64,000 nucleotides of DNA from Podarcis cretensis (Eukaryota), in the NCBI GenBank assembly GCA_951804945.1, contig OX638165.1, forward strand, positions 13,950,001-14,014,000, in the 5' to 3' direction. The translations under genes and the position numbers were made by a program. Shown here piece after piece: positions 25,472 to 36,684 of this stretch. The notes beneath the pieces are model-generated. The model made no database searches. It was not told where the DNA came from and worked only from the letters and a program-made list of their open reading frames with translations. How positions within the stretch are numbered: the stretch's first letter is position 1; each line of letters starts with the position of its first letter.

Positions 25472-28400
25472 TGTGTTGGAAGATGCGATTTTGGAAGAGG
25501 ATGGCTAATCTCTCCTTGGCACGGAACCTAGCGCCTTTGAATCTTTTTCCAAGTCCCTGCAGGGAAATGTGGCAGGGAGCTGTATTTTTCTTGATAACAC
25601 GGCTTTAATGGGGATTGGGGTGGGGTGGGGGTGGGGAGATGCATCAAGAAAGCTGGGGGGGGGGGGCGAGAAAGAGAAAGGAGGCTGATCCAGGATCTCC
25701 TCCTCCTGTTCCAGCAGCACATGAAGTGCTGGAAAGATCTGAGGGTGGGGGAGTTAACATGTTTGTCTCCCATCAGAAAGCCTTTTTGCTAAACCTGACC
25801 CAATTTATATCTACAGAGAGAGGATGTTTTTAAAAGGAAGAGGGGGAATAAGGAATTTAGTTAAGCGTTCCTTGGCTCTTAGTGGCATTCTCCTACCCCC
25901 ACACCCACAGTTTTTAACCACAAATGAAATTAGATGCTACTTGATTGTAAAATCACCATCAACATCAAACTGTAGAATTGACAGAAGGGGCCCCAGGGTC
26001 ATCTAGCCCAACCCCCTGCCGTTCATTATTATCATGAATGATCATGTAAAAGCAGGGTGAATATACCAAGTGAAAGGATTTAAACATAAACAGAGGGAGA
26101 AGGAGGTCATTAATTGACCGAAACCCACTTTCCACCAATTAATGACTACCTCTCAGTTTTCCCATGTGTAAAATTGGAATGAAATAGTGGGCAAGCTTCA
26201 CCGCTTTGTGAGGGCAGATGCAGCAAGGATTTCGTCAGCACGTACAGCGTGGGTGTACCCCACGGTAAAAAGAAAAGGTGAAATGACGGAAGGAAGGAAT
26301 ATTAATTAAGATATACCAGGGATGATGGCTAGAGCTGGCCAAGCAAGTAGCATGTAGGGCTAACTCATAAGTCCACAATTCCAGACAAGTGCACAACACA
26401 CAAGACACAGAATTTAGCAATCTAAGAATTATCAGTTTTCAAGGGTTTCTTTTTTCTTAAGACTCTAGTCCTTAAGGCTACGATAATCAGTCATAAAGAA
26501 TTTATTCGTTTATTGCATTTATATCCCACCATTCCTCCAAGAAGATCAAGGCTGTGTACGTGGTTCTCCCCTTCTGATCCCCACAACAACCTTGTGAGGT
26601 AGGCTGAGAGACGGTGACTGGCCCAAGGTCCCTCAGTGGGCTTCATGACCAAGGGGGCATCTGAATCCTGGTCTCTCTCAAGTCCTAATCCGACAGCCTA
26701 ACCACCACACCACACTGACTCTCAGTGTGAATAATGTCCGCTGGAACCTTTTAAATTAGAGGGGCACTCATTACAATTGCTAGCAATTCAGGAAACAGAG
26801 GTCTATTCCTTTCCCGTGATAAGCCGGCACTAGATAAGAATACGATGAAAATAAATCAGTAAATCTGACTAGAATCCCATTTCCCTCCTCCAAGGCAGAA
26901 TTTGTCAATTATTATTTAAGTGCCAAATGTATGCATGCAGCAAGCTATCACAACACTAAAATACATGACCAAAAACCCCAACAAACCATACCGGGATTTT
27001 AGTCCAGAGGATTGGCTACCTGCTTAAGTCGGGACAAAATGATGACACCTGTCTGGGGAGGGTGAGCAAAGGAGCAAAATGCCACAGGTGAGGGAAGCAG
27101 CTGTGAAGATTTCTGGCACAAAGCCTCTGCCACAGGCGTGGGGAGCCTTTGACCCTCCAGATGTTGCCAGACCACATGCTTGCTAGGACTGATGGGAGTT
27201 GTAGTTCATCAACATCACTCTAGATCATTAGCCAATCAGGAAACCTGGAGTACAGCCAATCAGAGCCTGAGGAAAAACTCCCAGGCTTCTCAGGGTGCCT
27301 CTGGTGATGCATTAATGTAATTTGAGCCTGTGGCTCTGCAGACTGCCAGCTATGGCTACTGGGAGTTGTAACAGCTGAAGGGCCACAGGTTCCTCATCCA
27401 TGGGCTTCGTCAGGTTTTGAATGTAAAGGAAAGCGCCCCCTGAGCATGTGCAGAGAGCTTTACTTCTTGGTGCTGAGTAACCCAAAGCCAGTTGCCTCGC
27501 CCATTATCTGGAGAAAGATGGGGGCGAGAAATACACGGAGAACGTCCAGCTGCCAAAGCGCGAGACTCTTAATCTTAGGGTCATGGGTTCAAACCCCTTG
27601 TTGGGCAAAATATTCCTGCATTACAGGGGGGTTGGGCTAGATGACCCTCATGGTCCCTTCTAACCCTATAATTCTATGATTGTATCTCAAAAGCTTGGTA
27701 GCCTTTGTCTGCTGTGGGGAAGACCAGTCAAGTTGGCGTTCCTGGCAAGTCCCCCTGGGGAGGGCATTCCACGACTGGTGTGCCAACTCCTAGAAGGCAT
27801 TCTCTGGAAGACTTCGCTACCCATGGCAGCCTTCCCTGTTTAATGCAGGGATGGAGAACCTGCAGTCCTCTCTATGTTGCCGGGATACCAGCCAGCAGGG
27901 CCAATGGCGGGAGTTTTCACCCAGTGTCAGATCTGGAGGGCCACAGATTCCACTGCCACTCTCAAAGGCTACATGCACACTGGGACCTGCAGTCAGTGGC
28001 AGACCCACATTTTTGGGGCCCTGAAGAATGAACTGCTATGGGGTCCCCTTCGCAACCGACAACAAGGTCCGGGTAATCTTAGTTAAAAGGGTTGTTCCAC
28101 AACAGTTCACTACAATTTTTTAAAATTAAAAAATAGCCACTACATTTCATATTTTGATTAAAATTGCTCTATTAGACTATTTCACATCTCAAAGTCACTT
28201 GTGTGAATTCAAGTTATTTGCGGGGTGTGTGTGAAAATTAGGGAAATGTTATTTACATTCATGATGCGTTATAAAATGATTGTGAGTTGTGCGATTCAAA
28301 TTGGGTCTACTGGACCCAATTTTTTAAAAAGCAATGCAGACTAAAGTCATTTCTGGGGGGCCCCCTTGTATTAGAGACCCTGAAATTTAAGCTTCATTAG

Positions 28401-28537
28401 TTTCATAGTAGATCTGCCCCTAGCTGCAGTTTGTTAGAAGCTCTGGTAATTATATCTGTCTGAGGTGTAAACTAGAGTGCCCAGGATTATTTGAGGGGAA
28501 ATAATGTGTTTGAGTGTGCGATTCCCACATTGTAATA

Positions 28538-28769
28538 CAGTGGTACCTCGGGTTAAGTACTTAATTCGTTCCGGAGGTCCGTTCTTAACCTGAAACTGTT
28601 CTTAACCTGAAGCACCACTTTAGCTAATGGGGCCTCCTGCTGCTGCTGCTGCCACGCTGCCGGAGCCCAATTTCTGTTCTCATCCTGAAGCAAAGTTCTT
28701 AACCTGAGGTACTATTTCTGGGTTAGCGGAGTCTGTAACCTGAAGCATCTGTAACCTGAGGTACCACTG
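28538..28769. mobile_element. Tc1/mariner MITE
   Basis: CAGTGGTACCTC TIR, TA TSD. Confidence 0.85.
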
Positions 28770-28980
28770 TATATGGATCGTGTGGGGTGGCAGAGCTCAA
28801 TGAAACCTTAGACACCCCTGACAAAAGAAAGAAAACATGGGCGCCAACTTGCTGCATGCTCTTCTGAGCCCGGTTTTTTGAACCGGGAAGGGCAGGGTAT
28901 AAATAAATAAATATTATTGTTATATATTATTATCTCTCTCTCCCTCCCTCTCTCTTTCCCCCTGCAGTTCACCTTTCCCA

Positions 28981-30199
28981 ATGCCTCCCTCGCCTCTGGA
29001 AGAACGGATCGGCGTGCTGCAGCGACCCAAAACTTTGGCCTTGCGCCTCAACCACAGCTTTGCCAACGGGGGCACCCCAGGCGGTGGCGAGAAGCAGCCC
29101 CCGGCGGTCTCCAGAGCGCCTGGCCAGGCCGCCCCGGCTCCCGCGAAGGCGCCCTGCGACGAGGCCGCACGCCGGGGGACGCCGGGCGTCCTGCAGCCCA
29201 ACCACTCTCACACCATTGACATCAAGCTGACGGTGGGAGGCGTGCAGAGCCTGTCGCCTGAGAGGAACGTCTCCCTGCAGCTGGACCTCAAGCAGGCCGA
29301 GCCTAAACCGAAAGGCCTCGCTGGGCCCCAGCTGAAGGTCTTCTTGCCCCAGGCGAAGCTCAAGAAGCGCTGCTTCAAGGAGAACTCCAAACCGGCGGTG
29401 CTGGACACATCCACCAGCTCCTCCTGCCTCTCCAGCCCCGCCATGCACCCCCTCAAATGCGGATGCCGCGGCTGCTGGCGCCTCATGCGCTGCGAGGACG
29501 CCGGACCCAAGGGCGGCTTGCTCTCCCTGGGCTGCTTCTCCTGCCGCTCCAGCCTGCGCTCCCTCAGCTGCTCCAGCTGCAGCCCGCCGTCCGTCAAGAA
29601 GCTGGGGTGCCTGCCCTGCACCCCCTCCTCGGCCCTGCACTCCCTGGCCTGCCTGGCTTGCAACCCCTCGGTCAAGTCGGGCAGCTCCTCCTGTAGCTTC
29701 TGCAGCAGCGACCCCATCGTGGCCTACGACCCCCGGGCGGGCTCGTCCCCGGCCCCCAGCTGCGGGGACGACGATGACTACAGCGTCCGCACCATCTGGC
29801 CCGACGAGCTGGCCAAGAAAATGACACGGTCCCGGGCGCAACAGCAGCAGCAGCAGCAGCATGTCTCCCCGCTCATCCTGGACTGCCGCAACCTGATGGA
29901 ATACACCAAGAGCCAGCTTCAGGGCGCCATGCGCTTCGGAGCCGCCGACGCAGCGGGCCGGAGGCGGCTCCAGCAGGGGAAGATGGCCATGCTAGATTTC
30001 ATCTCCTCGCGGGGAGGCTGCGACGCAAGGGACTCCTCGCTGCAGCGTCTCTGGGCCAAGGAGCCCGGCGGCCGCGCCAGTCCGGAGCCTCTCCCCGCCA
30101 GCCCCCCCAAGCCCCGCAAAACGCAGCCCTCCCAGAATCTCCACCTGGTGCTGGATTTGCTCAACAAAGATGGCGGGCAGGAAGGGGTCGGCCGGAGAG
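28981..30199 (+). CDS. DUSP10/MKP5-like MAPK phosphatase, coding exon 1: N-terminal region, CxxC array, kinase-binding (rhodanese-like) domain
   Basis: Acceptor at 28967/28968. Starts MPPSPLEERI (DUSP10 starts MPPSPLDDRV); TIWPDELAKKMT...ILDCRNLMEYTKSQLQGA...RRRLQQGK KIM; donor G|GTGAGC at 30199/30200 (phase 1). High GC3. Confidence 0.92.
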
Positions 30200-30519
30200 G
30201 TGAGCTGGGGGTTCTAGGTGCCGACCGCTGTGGTGGCAGCAGAAATTGCATTGGTGTGTCAAAAGTTCTTTCTCCTGGGGCCACCACTTCCCTAGTTGCC
30301 CTGAGCCTTCTGCTGGTCCGAGGGGAATGCGTTCTGGGCTAACACAATGTCTCCCCGCTTTAAAGAACTCCTGCCTCCAGACAAGAGGTTGATTATTTCT
30401 GCAAGGCTGTCGCTTATCCATCAGCCCTGAGTTTCCCTCGGGTCCTTCTCAGGCTTCCTGAGGTTATATTTTTCCTTATTACATTTTGTTCCACATTGAA
30501 CTACCTGTTTCCCGGCTGG

Positions 30520-30609
30520 TAATAATAATAATAATAATTTATTATTTATAGGCCACCCATCTGACTGGGTTTCCCCAGCTACTCTGGGCGGCTCCCAACA
30601 GAATTAATG

Positions 30610-30645
<36 letters not shown>

Positions 30646-30985
30646 TAAAAAGCAATAAAACATCAGACATTAAAAACTTCCCTGAACAGGGCTGCCTTCA
30701 CATATCTTCTAAAAGTCAGATAGTTGTTTATTTCCTTGACATCCGATGGGAGGGTGTTCCACAGGGTGGGTGCCACTACTGAGAAGGCCCTCTGCCTGGT
30801 TCCCTGTAACCTCAATCTTGCAGGGAGGGAACCTCCAGAAGGCCCTCAGTGCTGGTCCTCAGTGTCTGGGCAGAACAATGGGGGTGGAGATGCTCCTTCA
30901 GGGCCAAGACCGTTTAGGGCTTTAAAGGTCAGCACCAACACTTTGAATCGTGCTCGGAAACAAACTGGGAGCCAATGTAGGATGT
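30520..30985 (-). mobile_element. L2-clade LINE 3' fragment
   Basis: LHWLPVCFRARFKVLVLTFKALNGLGP is a classic L2 ORF2 C-terminal motif; (TAA)n tail. Confidence 0.8.
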
Positions 30986-32736
30986 AGACTCCCCTTGAAA
31001 GCCACAGGGAGAAAGGAAGTTTGGAGGAGAACCATAGATGCTCCCTAGAGTTCATTGGGGGAGATATGGGAAATTAAACCACAAAACATTATCTTGATAG
31101 AATGAATACAGCAGGAAGACACAACAGGGCAGTTCTTTCCATGCATGTTTTCCCTATGCCAATTGGGTTAGGTTTAAGATTTGCACCACTCCACCATCTC
31201 TTTGGTGACCTCATCCCAGCTGCATGAGCTGATGGCAAGATGCGAAGGGGGGCTTCACACCCCCCCAGTCCCCCCCCCACCTCACTTTTAGCACCTGTTC
31301 AAAACCCCATTGAACCAGAATGAACTCTACCCAGCTGGTAGCATGACATCATTTCTTTGACCTTCTTTCACACTTGCCCCCTCCCTTCTCCCCAGCCCCT
31401 GCCAGCCCCCACCATGGAGGGTGGGGTGTCATTTTACATAGCAGATGTTTTAGGTCAGGAAGAAGAACAAGTCCCCTCCCTTTTCGCCCCCACCTTCCTC
31501 CCACAGAAAACTGCAAAGGGGAAGGGGGAAGCCACTCTCAAGTGGTTTGGTTAGCACCAATTTGGAGCATACGGAGTACCCTTATACGGAATTGGACCGC
31601 TGACCTATCTAGCTCAGGGGTGCCTGCTCTGACTGGCAGCAGCTCTTGGGGTTTCAGGCAGGGAGCTTTCCCATCCCTATCTAGAGATGTCACTGGGGGG
31701 GTTGAACCTGCATTTAAGCAGAGGGTCTCACACGACCTTTTTCAGGGGTTGTTTCTGTGAGGTGGGCACAGAAGAGATTCAGAAACTCACAACTTAGAAT
31801 ATTACTCTGCCACCAAATTCACCAGCTTTGGGTGTCACACAGAGCTCTTTTCCCGTGTTGTGCCTTTAGGTAATTTTATACATTGGACTTCAGCATCTGG
31901 CTGGGATGGGGGTGGCTGGAGAGGCTCTTTGGTGCCCCACTTGCCCACCAGTGGTGGCCAGTGGTCAGGGGTGATGGGAATTGTAGTGCAAAACATCTAG
32001 AGCAGGTGCAGCGGGCAAAGGGGGGGGGGAACCTTTGGCTCTCCAGATGCTGATGAACTACACATCCCATAAGTGCCAGCAAGGATAGCGTACGACCAGG
32101 GAAGATGTGAGCCGTAGCTCAACCACATCTGGAGGGCTAAAGGACCCCCACACCTGATCCAGAGCGCCTCACCCCCCCATTCACTTGCTTCAAAATTAGG
32201 GAGTGCCAGCCCTGCTGTGTTTCCAGCTCCCTGTCCCCAACACACCTTTTTCCGAGCAGGGCTCTGTGCCTACACCTCCATCCAAACCTCCCACCTTGGC
32301 AGCATGACTGGCAGGTCATTGGGAGGGCAGCTGCTTTGCAGGGGGAAAGTCCCTGGTTTCATCCACAGCATCTCCAGGTAAGGTTAGGGAGACCACGCCG
32401 CCCCAAAATCCTGGAGTGGTGCTGACTGTCAGTGCAGACAATACTGAGATAGGCAATTGTCCATCACAAGACTCCTTGAGGATCATTTGATGCCAACACT
32501 CCAACTAAATAAGGAAATGAGAGCAAAATGTTTTGCCTGTGCTCACATCCTTGGTTTCTAACTGCTCAGCCAAACCTACTGATCGATTAAAACTTCGCAG
32601 CCCTAATTAAAATTGAATTATTACAATTCATTTCTTTACTCACTTACTCAAAGCTTTTTATCCTGCCAGAAAAGGCTCCCAGATCAGCTTACAAATGTCA
32701 GTGGTAAAACAGTCCCTGCCCTCAGGCTTAATTTAA

Positions 32737-32744
32737 AGAAAGAG

Positions 32745-32808
<64 letters not shown>
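32737..32808. repeat. (GAAA)n/(GA)n microsatellite
   Basis: Directly visible. Confidence 0.95.
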
Positions 32809-32934
32809 GGGGGGGGCACACACAAAAGGAAAACAGATTGGGAGGGAGGAGGAAAAAATAAAACTCAAGCACTTTTTCTGCACAATGCTTCCACTCCAGG
32901 GACTCAACCCCTTTGCTTTGTGTTTTGACCACAG

Positions 32935-33234
32935 GCAGTCTGATTGGGCCAGATGTTGCGGACGGCCCAGATGACTTGGGGCCCCCACTCACCCCTGACC
33001 TGGAGAATGCTGAGCTGAGCCCCATTCTGCCCTTCCTGTTCCTGGGCAACGAACGAGATGCGCAGGACCTCGAACGGATGCTGAGCCTCAACGTGGGGCA
33101 CGTTCTCAACGTCACCACCCACCTGCCCCTGTACCACGCCGACAGCGGGCGCCTGCGCTACAAGCGCCTCCCCGCCACCGACAACAACCGCCAGGACCTG
33201 CGCCAATACTTCGAGGAAGCTTTTGAGTTCATTG
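32935..33234 (+). CDS. DUSP10-like, coding exon 2: first half of DSP catalytic domain
   Basis: ACAG|GC acceptor and ATTG|GTGAGG donor, phase 1-1. [21 protein letters not shown]...[10 protein letters not shown]...YKRLPATD (general-acid Asp)...[12 protein letters not shown]. Confidence 0.95.
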
Positions 33235-33266
33235 GTGAGGTCTAGTCCTGCGGCGAAATAAAGGGG

Positions 33267-33446
33267 AGGGTGTAGCTCAGTAGTAGAGCATCCGTCTTGT
33301 ATGCAGCAGGTCTCGGGTTCAATTCCTGGCATCTCCCTCTGGAATGGTCTTTTGTTTGAAACCCTGATGATTCAAAGCCAGCCAGGATAGACAATAGCTA
33401 GATGGATCAAGGGGTCTGACTCTGTACAGGGCAGCTTTCTATGTCC
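33267..33446 (+). mobile_element. tRNA(Ala)-like SINE (many copies: about 4607-4770, 18226-18402, 21540-21700, 36228-36412, 43474-43632, 43688-43830)
   Basis: GTAGCTCAGT.GTAGAGCAT...TGCATGCAGAAGGTCCC.GGTTCAAT.CCTGGCATCTCC head and shared GAAACCCTGGAGAGCTGCTGCCAGTC body. Confidence 0.7.
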
Positions 33447-33652
33447 CTCATTTCTATTTTCCTCCCAATCTGTTTCCCTTTCTAAAAAAAACTTTGCTGC
33501 CTGTTTGCCTGGGGCCTATTCTTAACTCGCCGTAGGCGAACAGGCAAGGAGCTGTGTGTGAAATGGAATTTAGTCCAGGAAGCATTTGTGCACAACCCTT
33601 TCTCAGGTTAGCGTTGACGCTGTTTTTCCCCTCCCCCCTTCCCTTACTCCAG

Positions 33653-33918
33653 AGGAGGCACACCAGAGCGGCAAAGGAGTCCTCATCCACTGCCAGGCCG
33701 GTGTCTCCCGCTCGGCCACCATCGTCATCGCCTACCTGATGAAGCACACTCTCATGACCATGGGCGACGCCTACAAGTATGTCAAAGGCCGAAGGCCCAT
33801 CATCTCGCCCAACCTCAACTTCATGGGGCAACTGCTGGAGTTCGAAGTGGACCTCAACGCCGGCGTCACACCCCGGATCCTCACCCCCAAGCTGGCCGGA
33901 GTGGAGACCGAAGTGTGA
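33653..33918 (+). CDS. DUSP10-like, last coding exon: active site and C-terminus
   Basis: CCAG|AG acceptor; [12 protein letters not shown] active site, [19 protein letters not shown], ends [16 protein letters not shown]-stop. Total CDS 1785 nt = 594 aa. Confidence 0.95.
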
Positions 33919-36678
33919 ACAAGATGGGGGTGCAGGATGAGCTCCGTCAATCTCAGGGCTGGGAAGAAGAGGAAGGGGGGGCGGGAATGCAATAAGGGGA
34001 CTGATAGATGGCAAGTGAGGGCTGAAGCAGTGAGCAGGAATTCGGGGGGGGGGGCTTCTCAACTACTTTATTACATCCCCCCCCCCACTTGAGGGAACTT
34101 TGCTTGGATACCTTTCTAAGTCCACCAACCTGGAAACGTTCAGCGTACAAGGCGACAGACAACGCCAAAGACTGATGGCGCTCCGTTCTTTAGGTACCGC
34201 TGCTGCTGCTGCTGCTGCCGCCATCGGAATTTCGGGGAACAGTTATTTCTACAATGACTTCTGAAAAAAAACTTTCTTACCTTCGTGGGGTGGGGAATGG
34301 GTGGTGTGTGTGTTTGTGTGTGTGTGTGATCATGCTGGTTTTTAATTTATTGGGGTGGGGAGTGTGTGTGTGTATAAATTGGGGGGGGGGGAGTTCTCTT
34401 TGTCTTCCCCCCAGTTTTTTTGATCCAGATGCTGATATTGCCTTGCTTTCCACCACGATGGACTAATTTGGGGCTGGGGTATCCTAAGCAATTTACACGT
34501 GTTTGTGTGTGTGTGTGTGTGTGCGTGCAGTAATGGAAGAGGGGGTGTCCATGGGGAACATTGCGGGTGTGAAACTCCTCTCCCCCCCCCCCCCCGCAAT
34601 TCCCACCAGATTTTAATGCTCAGGATCACAGAATCTCTTCTGGATAAGAGTGTGGGTGGAAAGAAGGGGGGGGCAATTCACAATTAATCTCCCCCCCTCC
34701 TTTGCTTGGGGTGTATGTGTGTTTGTGTGTGGGGTGGGAGAAGAGCCCTCAATTCTGCCCTCTCATCTAGTTATTTATTTGAACTGTAATTGCTGCTTAG
34801 ACTCTTTTGACCACCAACCTGTTATGTGGCTCTTAACAAGGGTTAATACTGTGGAACTGATGATATTATGGGATGGGGGCGGGGACTGGACCCTCCTTTT
34901 CCTCCTGCCCCTTCCCTCAAACATATTGTTAAGCACTTCTCCCCCCTTTCCCCTCCCCTTCTCAGGGTTATATGATGTAACTGGAACTTGTCTTCCATTA
35001 ATTAAGGGGTTCGGGGTTTTTTGACAATGGGGAAGGGATGCTGAAACTGGGGGGGGGAGTCCCCCTAGGACTCTCTAGCTCCCCTAAGACTCTCTAGCTC
35101 CCCTAAATTTTATTTTAGGTTTCTTGGGGCTGGTATGGAGTGGGTGTCGTCGTCTCCCCCCAGCTAATTTATCTTACGATGCAATATATACACAAAAATT
35201 TTGGTTGTTAATGTTAGGTGCTTTAAAGTGTCCCTGCCCCCCACCTCCGGCTCCTCTTCCCGCACCGCACAAAGAGGAGACAGGGTGTGACATGCGTCCC
35301 TTCATGTCAGTGGTCTTTCAGCCGTTCCCCGTCTTTTCCCAAACAGAATTCGAACCCATCACCAGCAAGGAGCAAGAGGCGGGATAAACGTTATGGAGGC
35401 TATGGGCCCCATCTCTCCACCAGTGAACTCGCCAGTCATACAAAATGGAAAAGCCCAACATCCCAGTCCATAAAGCTGTGGCACAATATTTGTTTGTTCG
35501 GGGATGGGGTAATTTCCCTTGTAATCATCAACATCTCATCATTTCTGTAGATGTAAAAATACATTGTGGAAGACGTTGCTCTCATCCCCAGGTTCTCGCC
35601 AATGTAGTACCCTCTGGAAGTTGCTAGACTCCAGCTCCCATCATTCCTGACCATTGGGGCTGATGGGAGTTGGAGTCCAGCAACATCCAGAGTGTCATTC
35701 CCACCCATCCTCAAATACTCCCAGAATCCTAACCGGGATGGCATGGCACCCACTTGGAACTCGTAATTTTCTGGGTGGCTGGAAAAACACCCAATAGCCA
35801 AGAGGCCAGGAGATGCAGTAAGGTAGCCTGTTCAACCCTCAGCTTGATGATCAGAAATTACTGGTTCAAGGACCTATTACAAGATGCCATAGATGTGCCC
35901 CCCCTGCCCGCGATTAAGCAGGGGCCACATCTGACCAGACCAGCGCTCCAAACTGCCACTGAAATGTTTTTTAAATCAATGCCCCTGGCCCCACAAAAAA
36001 AAAATGTTTTAAAATCCTCCAGCCCCCAAATTTCACTTCAGCTATTGAGGTTGGGGTGATGGTGGTGGTCGCACCTAAACATGAAAGTGGGATCTGTGTC
36101 AGAATGATTGATGTTTGTGGCTGAGCTGCAGACAAATCTTCGCTCTCGCCTCTTCTGGAATGCAGGGATGCAGAAAGGCTTCTGTCTGGCTTTGGCGGCT
36201 AAGTGATGTTTGCCCAGCTGTGGAAGGGAGCGGTGCAGCTCAGTGCTTAGAGCCTTGCATGCAGAAGGTCCCGGGTTCAATCCCTGGCATCTCCAGGCAG
36301 GACTGGGACTGTCCCTTACCTGAAACCCTGGAGGGCTGCTGCCAGCTGGTGTAGACACTACTGAGCTGGATGGAGCAATGGGTCCAGTGCAGCATAAGGC
36401 TTGATGTTCCTAAGGAACAGCAAAGCACCCTTTGCTCCCCCCACCCCTCCCCTGCTGCAGATCCAGAGTGGCTGGTGAATGCAACAGTTCCTCCCCCCTT
36501 TTTTCCATTTAAAGAGTTTTGTAGTGAAACTAAAATGCCCCACCCCATCCACCCGCTGGACAGGAAGCTGATGTGGTCAAGACTATAAGGTTCCCCCCTT
36601 CCCTTCCCTGCTGTGTCTTTTTGGATCTCGTCTTTGTTATTTATTGGGCCCAAGTGTGAGGCCCCAGCGTCATAATTT

Positions 36679-36684
36679 ATTAAA
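36679..36684 (+). terminator. candidate poly(A) signal (ATTAAA) of the DUSP10-like gene
   Basis: ATTAAA followed by a U/GU-rich tract; would give a 3' UTR of about 2.8 kb. Confidence 0.4.

Noticed and set aside
28969-29862. 297-aa antisense ORF over the DUSP10-like exon (likewise antisense ORFs at 33454-34062, 39131-39715, 58034-58669, 62740-63123)
   Set aside because: Shadow ORFs from high GC3 coding sequence on the other strand; no independent signals or recognisable domains.
30200-30342. Read-through tail of the 453-aa ORF (also tails of the ORFs ending at 58570, 60799 and 63378)
   Set aside because: Lies past consensus splice donors; intronic.
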